This document shows, piece after piece, positions 7,797-15,461 of a stretch of DNA of 24,765 bases (positions are counted from its first letter, which is position 1; each line of letters begins with the position of its first letter). This DNA is from a virus. Lineage: Duplodnaviria > Caudoviricetes. The notes under the pieces are model-generated. The model searched no databases, had not been told where the DNA came from, and worked only from the letters and a program-made list of their open reading frames with translations. The DNA lies in the IMG/VR virus record IMGVR_UViG_3300046167_000296, positions 1 to 24,765 of that record. One strand, 5' to 3'. The position numbers and the translations under genes are program-made.

Positions 7797-7964
7797 ATGT
7801 CAGAACCAATTAGCAATGAAATATTTGAAACATTCAGAATTCACGAAAGAGTAAGAGAACAAAGAAAAGCTATTAAGCTTCTTGTCAACCAAGGGTATGT
7901 TATATTAGATTTAGAAAATAATATAATAAATAAAAACAATTATAATAAATCAGAAAATAAATAA
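7797..7964 (+). CDS. 55-aa hypothetical protein (not in the ORF track)
   Basis: MSEPISNEIFETFRIHERVREQRKAIKLLVNQGYVILDLENNIINK...; A-rich leader directly after the repeat. Confidence 0.65.
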   Translation: MSEPISNEIFETFRIHERVREQRKAIKLLVNQGYVILDLENNIINKNNYNKSENK

Positions 7965-7968
7965 CAAA

Positions 7969-8181
7969 ATGGTTATATTTTACTTAGATAAAGCTTTATA
8001 CATAAAGCATAGTTATATTCCAGGTTTTTCGAAAACTTATTATGATCCGCCATCTGATCCTGATATTTCAATAGAAGATATATTTTTAAATGAAGAAAGT
8101 ATATATGATTTAATGGGAGACAAACAATTACAAGAAATAGAACAATTACTTTATAATGAATATACTGAAGAAAGCAGATAA
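7969..8181 (+). CDS. Acidic hypothetical protein
   Basis: 70-aa ORF with a YYDPP motif, typical of small phage early proteins. Confidence 0.65.
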   Translation: MVIFYLDKALYIKHSYIPGFSKTYYDPPSDPDISIEDIFLNEESIYDLMGDKQLQEIEQLLYNEYTEESR

Positions 8182-8419
8182 AATAGTTAACGAAAGATTA
8201 GAAGAAAAAGAAAGAAATTATGGTCCTTTTTCTGAAGGAATGAAACGTGCCGCTATGATAGCTAGTGGTTGTACAGGTAAAAAAATAACTACTAAAGACA
8301 TGTACATGTGTATGATAGCTTTAAAATTATCTAGAGAATCATACAATCACAAAGAAGATAATTTATTAGATGCTGTTGCTTATATAGGTGCGTTAAATAA
8401 CTACGAAAATGAAAAATAA
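8156..8419 (+). CDS. DUF6378-like protein
   Basis: ILKKADKIVNER...YG and MIALKLSRES..HKEDNLLDAVAY pattern. Confidence 0.75.
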   Translation: MNILKKADKIVNERLEEKERNYGPFSEGMKRAAMIASGCTGKKITTKDMYMCMIALKLSRESYNHKEDNLLDAVAYIGALNNYENEK

Positions 8420-9320
8420 AAAAGGAATAGTAGGTGTTGTTAGTAATCCTGTTAGAAGTTTAAATAGTCATAACGGAGGTTGGACATTAGTTTTAAAAAG
8501 TATTTTAGATGCTGATATACTAACTGAAAAAGATGATTGGAATAAATACGAAGAACTAATATTGTCTGAAGGAATTAATTATAAAGAGGGAAAATTTAAT
8601 TTTTTTGGAGGAGTTCAAGATTCTTTTTATATAAGATTAAATAAGTTAAATGATTTCAAAGGGAAAGTATATTGTATTAATGAAATGATAGACTACAATG
8701 TTGTTTGTAAAAAAAGAAAAGAATTAAAAGGTTTAAGTTGTAATAAATTACCTGAAATACTATACACAAAAAAACATAATAACAAATTAATATTAGGAGA
8801 TAGTCATAGTGTTTCTGTTTATAGACCTGGTTATTCTATACATAGAATAGACGGTAAAACTTTAAATGGTTTTTTAAAAATAGGATTACATAATTTTATT
8901 AAAAAAGACACTAGTGAATTGGTTTTTTATGCAGGAAATATAGATGTTAGATTTCATATACATAGGTTTGGAGGTAGGAAAGCTGTAGTAGATTTAATTA
9001 GAGAATTATTTGTACAGTTACAGAAATTAAATTTAAATAAAATAACTTTAGTTTCTTTGTTGCCTATAGAAGATGAATCAAGAAAAATACCTGGAACTGG
9101 TTTATATAAAGATAAACCTTTTTTTGGCACTAAAGAAGAAAGAACTTATTATGTTAATGAATTTAATGCTTTACTAAAAAGAGGAGCGAATCATTATAAT
9201 TATAATTTAATAGAATGGGATTTTAATTATGAAGATGGCCTTTCTTTTGATGAAATGGAATCACGACAATCTGTTCATTTAAAGCCAAAATCTTATAAAT
9301 ACATAAAACAATTATGTTAG
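8409..9320 (+). CDS. Putative DNA-modifying enzyme: beta-glucosyltransferase-like N-domain plus SGNH/GDSL-like C-domain
   Basis: NFFGG at aa 64-68 in a BGT-like context; LILGDSH (Ser132), AGNID (aa 175-179) and SVHL (His290). Confidence 0.6.
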   Translation: MKNKKGIVGVVSNPVRSLNSHNGGWTLVLKSILDADILTEKDDWNKYEELILSEGINYKEGKFNFFGGVQDSFYIRLNKLNDFKGKVYCINEMIDYNVVCKKRKELKGLSCNKLPEILYTKKHNNKLILGDSHSVSVYRPGYSIHRIDGKTLNGFLKIGLHNFIKKDTSELVFYAGNIDVRFHIHRFGGRKAVVDLIRELFVQLQKLNLNKITLVSLLPIEDESRKIPGTGLYKDKPFFGTKEERTYYVNEFNALLKRGANHYNYNLIEWDFNYEDGLSFDEMESRQSVHLKPKSYKYIKQLC

Positions 9321-10219
9321 ATCAATTTAAAGATTATTATAATAAAGCACATAAAATGCAACAGCTTAAATTTCAAGGGTTTAATTGGAAAGAACAAGAT
9401 GTTGATGATGATTTAGTTTGGAACATACCTATATATGATGTAGTTAATAGAAGGTTTGCAGCATTTAGTAGTTTGTTAGAAGCAATAAAAGCAAAAGAAG
9501 ATCCAAAAAATAATAGTGTTTATTTTAGAAGTAGTAGAGACAATATTAAAGATGTTGATTTCATTAAAATGTGTTATTTATTTAGATTGTGTGGTTCAGG
9601 CATTAATTATATACCTAAAGATAATTGTGGTTCTCCTTTTGGTACTCATGGCTTTGGTAATTTTTGGGTTGTAAATGAATTAAATAAAGGTTTAGTTGAC
9701 TGTAATAATTGGATTAATATCATGCCTGAAAAAAAATTTTGTGACGTAAAAGGTTATTTGTTACCAATGATAAAAGGTGGGTTATATAATTTTATACAGA
9801 ATGAAAGTAAAGATTTAATGATTAATTTAATAAATTATATTAAACAACCTAATATAAAAGGTATTAAGGATGTTGTTGACTATGGCAACGATTGGTTAAT
9901 TAACAAAGGTTATAAAAGACAAAACTTCGTATTAACTGCTTTTTCTATGGACATGGCAGAATATTATCCTAATTTAGTGAATAGAGACAGTGATGTTTAT
10001 GTTGGCTCTAATGCTAAAAAATGTTTAAAGATGATATTACCTAACAAAAAAACAAATGATGCATTACGTTATTTGTGTGATATAACAGGTGGTTATTCTA
10101 AACCTTATGACATGGAAGATGTTGCTTGTGACTTTATTAGGTATATAGAAAATTTTCAAAGCAAACATCATATAGAAAAAAACAATGGAATAAAATATTA
10201 TAATAATGTTCTTAAATAA
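9314..10219 (+). CDS. aGPT-Pplase-like (clade 1-like) helical DNA base-modifying transferase
   Basis: Ordered motifs DDLV...IYDVVNRR, YLFR, F....MD..Y, VGSNAKKCL and DMEDVACDFIRY resemble the recalled family pattern DPIL..F.NV.R / LFR / GPGA..GL / E..LCE..KY. Confidence 0.6.
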   Translation: MLDQFKDYYNKAHKMQQLKFQGFNWKEQDVDDDLVWNIPIYDVVNRRFAAFSSLLEAIKAKEDPKNNSVYFRSSRDNIKDVDFIKMCYLFRLCGSGINYIPKDNCGSPFGTHGFGNFWVVNELNKGLVDCNNWINIMPEKKFCDVKGYLLPMIKGGLYNFIQNESKDLMINLINYIKQPNIKGIKDVVDYGNDWLINKGYKRQNFVLTAFSMDMAEYYPNLVNRDSDVYVGSNAKKCLKMILPNKKTNDALRYLCDITGGYSKPYDMEDVACDFIRYIENFQSKHHIEKNNGIKYYNNVLK

Positions 10220-11108
10220 ACAGAAAGATAAAGAAAATAATGATTTAAAAAACATAAGTTTAGATTATTATTTAGAATTAACAAAGCATTTTAAATCTTC
10301 TTTTGATGATTTTATTGTAAAAAAAGTAAATGGATTTAATGTTATAGATGAATCTCTTGGTTGTGAGGTGGGTTATAAAGCTAGATCTGGAGAATTTTTT
10401 ATGAAACAGTTAGTTGGTTTAGGAGTGAAAGAAATAGTATATGTTCAGCCAAGGAGAGGTTTTGCTGGAATAAGTTTATCTTGGTTATGTAATAAGTATT
10501 CTATAGATTTAACTTTAGTTATGCCTTCTTCAAAAGAAATAAGTGATCATCAAGCTTTATGTATAGAACTAGGAGCTAAACCTTTATTTGCGAGAATAGC
10601 AGCTATGCCTAATGCAAATAGATTAGCTAGATTATATGCTGAAAAAACAAACGCTTATTTTGTGCCTTTAGGTTTAAACCATCCTTTTGTTATTGCAGGA
10701 GGAGTTAAATGTTTTTATGATTTTTTTAAGGACAAGGAGAAACCTAAAACAATGTGGTCTGTAATATCTACTGGAGTTTTGACTAGAACAATGCAGATTG
10801 CTTTACCTGATACTAATTTTAAAGCAGTTGCTGTTGCTAGAAACATACAACAAGGTGAATTAGGTGTTGCAGAATTTTATTCTTATCATAAACCTTTTAA
10901 TAGTAAATCTGATTTAGTTCCTAGTGATTTCAACTGTGAAGATTCATACGATTCTAAGGGCTGGGACTATTTAAATAAATATGGAAATAAAGATGATTGG
11001 TTTTTTTCTGTAGCGGGTAATGCTAGAAAACCTAATATTGAAAAAAAATTAGTAAATTCGTATAGAGATTGGAATGACTTAAAGGACTTTAAACAGTATG
11101 GTATTTAA
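10206..11108 (+). CDS. PLP-dependent enzyme, fold type II (TrpB / cysteine synthase / ACC deaminase superfamily)
   Basis: GYKAR with candidate Schiff-base Lys58, GFAGISLS, LVMP, ISTG phosphate loop and YDSKGW. Confidence 0.8.
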   Translation: MFLNKQKDKENNDLKNISLDYYLELTKHFKSSFDDFIVKKVNGFNVIDESLGCEVGYKARSGEFFMKQLVGLGVKEIVYVQPRRGFAGISLSWLCNKYSIDLTLVMPSSKEISDHQALCIELGAKPLFARIAAMPNANRLARLYAEKTNAYFVPLGLNHPFVIAGGVKCFYDFFKDKEKPKTMWSVISTGVLTRTMQIALPDTNFKAVAVARNIQQGELGVAEFYSYHKPFNSKSDLVPSDFNCEDSYDSKGWDYLNKYGNKDDWFFSVAGNARKPNIEKKLVNSYRDWNDLKDFKQYGI

Positions 11109-11745
11109 CAGAGCACAGGAAGCATTTGAATTTTATTATGATTTAATATCTAGAACAGGTATTAATTTTGATAATACTAAAGCATTATTTAACATAGGTT
11201 TTAATATATTAAATCCATTGGAAAATAATATAAAAACTAAGTGGAGAAATTTTTCAAATAAATATGCTAAAAGAGAGTGGGACTGGTATTTATCAGGAAA
11301 TCCTAATGCAGAAGAAATATCTAGATATGCTCCTACCTGGAAGAATATGATGGATGAAAAAGGTAATGTTAGATCTAATTATGGTTGGCAATGGAAAAGG
11401 AATGATCAGTTAAATAAAACAATAGATATATTAAAAAGAAATAAAAATACTAGGCAAGCAGCCATATCTATTTATGATGGTAAAGAAATACAAACTTACA
11501 GTAAAGATACTCCTTGTACATATGCTATAAATTTCACTATAATAAACAATAAATTAAACATGTCGGTATTAATGAGATCTAATGATTTATGGTACGGATT
11601 TTGTAATGATCAATATTGTTTTAGTAAATTACAAGAATTAATTTGTAAAGAATTAAAAGTTAATATTGGTAGCTACTATCATTTTGTAAATAATTTACAT
11701 ATATATAATAATTTTTTAAATAAAAACAATGAAACTAAACAATGA
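11098..11745 (+). CDS. Thymidylate-synthase-fold enzyme, probable dCMP hydroxymethylase
   Basis: REWDWY, SNYGW, DTPC (Cys140), MRSNDLWYGFCND with Asp171 at the substrate-specificity position, and LHIY. Confidence 0.8.
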   Translation: MVFNRAQEAFEFYYDLISRTGINFDNTKALFNIGFNILNPLENNIKTKWRNFSNKYAKREWDWYLSGNPNAEEISRYAPTWKNMMDEKGNVRSNYGWQWKRNDQLNKTIDILKRNKNTRQAAISIYDGKEIQTYSKDTPCTYAINFTIINNKLNMSVLMRSNDLWYGFCNDQYCFSKLQELICKELKVNIGSYYHFVNNLHIYNNFLNKNNETKQ

Positions 11746-12031
11746 ATTTAAACCAATTAGAGATTGGGCAGAACAAAAAGGTATTTTAAATGAAGGTGAT
11801 TCAAGAACACAGTATGTTAAATTACAAGAAGAATCTGGTGAATTAGCAAAAGCTTTACTTAATAATGATCAAGATGAGATAATAGATGCTATAGGTGATA
11901 TGGTTGTAGTGTTAACTAACTTAGCAGAACTAAGAAACGTTAAAATAGAAGATTGTATAAACTCAGCTTATGATGTAATTAAAAATAGAACTGGTAAAAT
12001 GATAAATGGAACGTTTGTAAAAAATAATTAG
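11729..12031 (+). CDS. mazG: MazG-like nucleotide pyrophosphohydrolase
   Basis: All-alpha NTP-PPase motif KLQEESGELA...DAIGD..VVL. Confidence 0.88.
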   Translation: MKLNNEFKPIRDWAEQKGILNEGDSRTQYVKLQEESGELAKALLNNDQDEIIDAIGDMVVVLTNLAELRNVKIEDCINSAYDVIKNRTGKMINGTFVKNN

Positions 12032-12032
12032 T

Positions 12033-13058
12033 ATGAGAGTAGTAACTAAAAAATCAACATGGAAACATATAACATTTATGACACCTAAGATAGCTTTTAT
12101 GGATTGGGCAAAAGATGGTGTAGAGGTAAACGTAAAAGATGAAGTGTTTCAGTTTAAAACAAAAAATGAACTTCATGCTTTACATATTAGTTTAAATGGT
12201 TCTTTTCATGGTGATGATACTTGTTACATTACTGTTAATGAATTAAAAAGTATACATAACAAAAGTAAAAGGAAAGAAAAGATACAACTATTAAATGGTG
12301 ATGTATACGATAAAGATAAGTTACTAGAGAAAATGTATGATGATTCTTTTTACTACGGAGAGCTTGGTAAATATGCATTGAGTTCTTCTGCTATAAAGTC
12401 ATTGATAGATTCCCCTAAGAGTTATGCTAGATCTCTAAACTTTAAATCAGATAGTAAAGCATTTAAAACTGGTAGATTAATTCATTTAGCAGCATTAGAG
12501 CCTGAAAAGTTAGATTCGTTATGCCATGTTGTAGAAGTAAAATCAGCAGTAACTAAAGCATATAAAGATAAAGTAAAAGAAGTAGGGAGTGATCAATTTG
12601 TATATACAAGAAGAGAATATGATAAAGCTATGTATACTGTAGATGCATTACTTCAAAATGATATATGGCAAGAATTAACTAGAGATGCTATGTTCGAACA
12701 ACCTGGTTTTGATATATTACAAGGTTATCCGTTTAGAGCTAAAGCAGATATATTAGGAGGTGATTATGTTGCAGATCTAAAAACAACTTCAGATTTAAAA
12801 GCTTTTCCTTGGTCTGCTAAAAAATATGGTTATGATGTTCAAGTGTATATTTATTGTGAACTATTTAAAGTTAATTATGAGAACTTTTTCTTTTTTGTTA
12901 TAGATAAATCAACTGGAGATTTAGGTCATTATAATGTTAGCGAAGAGTTTTATTTATCAGGTAAAGATAAAGTAGAGTATGGTTTAAAAGTATTTGAACA
13001 ATATTTTGTAAAAAAAAAACTCGAACTAAATGAATATATAATAAAAGGAACTTTGTGA
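12033..13058 (+). CDS. RecE/exonuclease VIII-like PD-(D/E)XK nuclease with an N-terminal extension
   Basis: LSSSAIK, GRLIHLAALEP, RAKAD, DLKTT and YGYDVQ..IY motifs. Confidence 0.85.
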   Translation: MRVVTKKSTWKHITFMTPKIAFMDWAKDGVEVNVKDEVFQFKTKNELHALHISLNGSFHGDDTCYITVNELKSIHNKSKRKEKIQLLNGDVYDKDKLLEKMYDDSFYYGELGKYALSSSAIKSLIDSPKSYARSLNFKSDSKAFKTGRLIHLAALEPEKLDSLCHVVEVKSAVTKAYKDKVKEVGSDQFVYTRREYDKAMYTVDALLQNDIWQELTRDAMFEQPGFDILQGYPFRAKADILGGDYVADLKTTSDLKAFPWSAKKYGYDVQVYIYCELFKVNYENFFFFVIDKSTGDLGHYNVSEEFYLSGKDKVEYGLKVFEQYFVKKKLELNEYIIKGTL

Positions 13059-13285
13059 ATGAAGATGATATTAAAAAACAATATTACCTCATGTCAATGC
13101 ATGATTATAAAAGTGGAACTCCTTTATCTAAATTAAAAAAAATATTAAAGCTTTACGAAGAAACTGAAATGTACGAACAATGTTCTGGTATATTTAAAGC
13201 GATACAAGAAATAGAAATAAAAGAATTAATTAAAATAAGCAAACTAATAAGAAATAAAAATGGAAGACTTGATAACGAGATGTAA
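13055..13285 (+). CDS. Hypothetical protein
   Basis: 76 aa, GTGA-coupled to the upstream gene; contains an E.YE.C..I helix. Confidence 0.65.
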   Translation: MNEDDIKKQYYLMSMHDYKSGTPLSKLKKILKLYEETEMYEQCSGIFKAIQEIEIKELIKISKLIRNKNGRLDNEM

Positions 13286-13760
13286 AAAAATAGTGAATAA
13301 TGAATTAGGAGTAAATGTAGAAAATCCTACTAGAAAAAGAAAGTATGCGGAAGCAAGAGGATTGTATTATACACTTCTTAAAAACTCAACAAATCTTAGT
13401 TTAAACAATATAGGAGAATCAGTAAATAAAGACCACTCTACAGTATTGTACTCTTTAAGACAATTCCCTATGTGGATGAAACATGATAAGATGTTAAAGT
13501 TTGCATATGACAAAGCAAAGACAAAAGTAAAAGACATAAAAGATATAACCGAAGAAGATGATCACATAAAGCTAAAACAAAAGTGTGTCAAACTTAACTT
13601 TGAAATATTTGAACTAAAAGAACATATAAAAAGTTTTGAATTAAAAGAACAAAATAGAAAAATAACAAACGATAGATTAATAGATTTATTAAATAAAATA
13701 CCTGAAGATAAAGAAGATATGATGATTGATAGATTAGAAAAGATACTTGCTATGTATTAA
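13260..13760 (+). CDS. DnaA domain IV-like helix-turn-helix protein with a coiled coil
   Basis: RKRKYAEAR..YY.L...T.LSL..IGE...KDHSTVLY resembles the DnaA C-terminal signature. Confidence 0.75.
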   Translation: MEDLITRCKKIVNNELGVNVENPTRKRKYAEARGLYYTLLKNSTNLSLNNIGESVNKDHSTVLYSLRQFPMWMKHDKMLKFAYDKAKTKVKDIKDITEEDDHIKLKQKCVKLNFEIFELKEHIKSFELKEQNRKITNDRLIDLLNKIPEDKEDMMIDRLEKILAMY

Positions 13761-13784
13761 CAAAAGTTATATTTTTTTATTGTA
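13760..13784 (+). promoter_or_regulatory. Candidate late promoter ACAA-N14-TATTGTA
   Basis: Lies upstream of terS; the same spacing recurs at 2195, 16176, 23196 and 24393. Confidence 0.6.
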
Positions 13785-13812
13785 CTATTGAATAATCAAT
13801 TTTTTTCAAACT

Positions 13813-14046
13813 ATGAATACAAGAGGAGGCAAAAGAGAAGGTGCAGGAAGAAAATCTAAAAGTGAGGAGATAGAACTTATTGAGAAGTTAAAACCATTAG
13901 AAGAAAAAGCGTATAAAGCTTTAGAAGCTGGTATTGATACCGGTGATTTTAAATATGTACAATTGTTTTATCATTATTATGCAGGTAAGCCAAGAGAAAC
14001 TAAAGACATTACTTTAAATTCAGAGCAACCAATATTTGAGATTTAA
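13813..14046 (+). CDS. terS: Terminase small subunit (putative)
   Basis: N-terminus GGKREGAGRK; translationally coupled (TAATG) to terL. Confidence 0.7.
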   Translation: MNTRGGKREGAGRKSKSEEIELIEKLKPLEEKAYKALEAGIDTGDFKYVQLFYHYYAGKPRETKDITLNSEQPIFEI

Positions 14047-15212
14047 TGGATTTTGTAGTAACAACTGCAATTAAAAAACTATATAAGTTAGATAAGAGAA
14101 TAAAAGTAGTTTGCGGAGGTACTTCTGCAGGTAAAACTTTTGGTATAATTCCTATATTAATAGACAAAGCAATTAAGAATCCTAATTTAGAGATTAGTAT
14201 AGTTTCTGAGAGTATACCACACTTAAGAAGAGGAGCATTAAAAGATTTTTTAAAAATCATGATGTTATTGAACAGATATACTGATGTTCAGTTTAACAAG
14301 TCTACTTTAAAATATAATTTCACCAACGGTAGTTATATTGAGTTTTTTAGTACAGACATGCCAGATAAATTAAGAGGAGCAAGGAGAACAGACTTGTATA
14401 TAAATGAATGTAATAATATACCTTTTGATGCGTACCAACAGTTGATGGTTAGAACTAGTGATAATATATGGTTAGATTATAATCCCACTAGCTCATTCTG
14501 GGTTGATAGAGAAGTTTTAAATGGACAAGATGTAGATTTTATCACGTTAACTTATAAAGACAATGAGGCATTGCCTGAAACAATTGTTAAAGAAATAGAA
14601 TCAGCAAGAGTTAAAGCAAGCAAAAGTAATTATTGGAAAAACTGGTGGAAAGTATATGGATTAGGACAATTAGGAAGTTTAGAAGGAGTATGCATACCTG
14701 ATTGGAAAGAAATACAATTACCAGATGAAGCAAGAATACTTTGTTACGGTATGGATTTTGGATATAGTAACGACCCTACATCTGTTGTAGCTATGTATAA
14801 ATATAATGATAGTTATATATTTGACGAGATTATTTATAAGAAAGGTTTATTAAATAGAGATATAAGTAATTTATTAAAAACATATAATGTTAGTGATGTT
14901 ATTTATGCAGACAGTGCAGAACCTAAATCTATAGCTGAATTAAATCACTACGGACATATAGTATATCCTGTTAAAAAAGGAAGAGATAGTATTAACTATG
15001 GTTTAAATCTTATAAATCAAAACAAGATCTTTATTACATCTAGAAGTAAGAACTTAATAAACGAATTAAGAAACTACATATGGATGACTGACAAACAAGG
15101 AAATGTATTAAATAAACCTATAGACGCTTATAACCATGCTATAGATGCTTTACGTTATTCTATAACATCTCAATTACAAGATCCTAATAAAGGAGAATAC
15201 CATATTTGGTAA
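14046..15212 (+). CDS. terL: Terminase large subunit (PBSX/SPP1-like)
   Basis: Walker A GGTSAGKT, Walker B LYINE, DYNP, and nuclease motifs GMDFGYSNDP, ADSAEP and NHAIDALRY. Confidence 0.95.
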   Translation: MDFVVTTAIKKLYKLDKRIKVVCGGTSAGKTFGIIPILIDKAIKNPNLEISIVSESIPHLRRGALKDFLKIMMLLNRYTDVQFNKSTLKYNFTNGSYIEFFSTDMPDKLRGARRTDLYINECNNIPFDAYQQLMVRTSDNIWLDYNPTSSFWVDREVLNGQDVDFITLTYKDNEALPETIVKEIESARVKASKSNYWKNWWKVYGLGQLGSLEGVCIPDWKEIQLPDEARILCYGMDFGYSNDPTSVVAMYKYNDSYIFDEIIYKKGLLNRDISNLLKTYNVSDVIYADSAEPKSIAELNHYGHIVYPVKKGRDSINYGLNLINQNKIFITSRSKNLINELRNYIWMTDKQGNVLNKPIDAYNHAIDALRYSITSQLQDPNKGEYHIW

Positions 15213-15226
15213 AAAAGTATAAAAAT

Positions 15227-15260
15227 ATTTTTTTGTTAATAAAATGTTTATTATATTAGC
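15227..15260 (+). promoter_or_regulatory. 34-bp direct repeat, copy 2; candidate early promoter
   Basis: Identical to 7736-7769; precedes the small-ORF island. Confidence 0.75.
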
Positions 15261-15287
15261 TGTATATTAATACTAAAACAAAACAAA

Positions 15288-15437
15288 ATGAAAAAAATAT
15301 ATTTAAAAGTAGTTGGTATCTACTCAAATGGAGTACAAGGTGTTGTTTATATTGATGACATAAACATAGCTAGAAATCTTATCCAACAAGTAGGAGATGG
15401 TTTTATTGCTACACCAGATGGTATTAAAATACAATAG
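15288..15437 (+). CDS. 49-aa hypothetical protein
   Basis: MKKIYLKVVGIYSNGVQGVVYIDD...; leader AAACAAAACAAAATG. Confidence 0.6.
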   Translation: MKKIYLKVVGIYSNGVQGVVYIDDINIARNLIQQVGDGFIATPDGIKIQ

Positions 15438-15461
15438 TAAAATAATTAAAAACAAAACAAA

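Noticed and set aside
10206-11108. Cysteine synthase (cysK) auxiliary metabolic gene
   Set aside because: It lacks the CysK SVKDR, TSGNTG and GTGGT motifs, and its context is DNA modification.
11098-11745. Canonical thyA or dUMP hydroxymethylase call
   Set aside because: Asp rather than Asn occupies the specificity position, and the motifs match T4 gp42 better.
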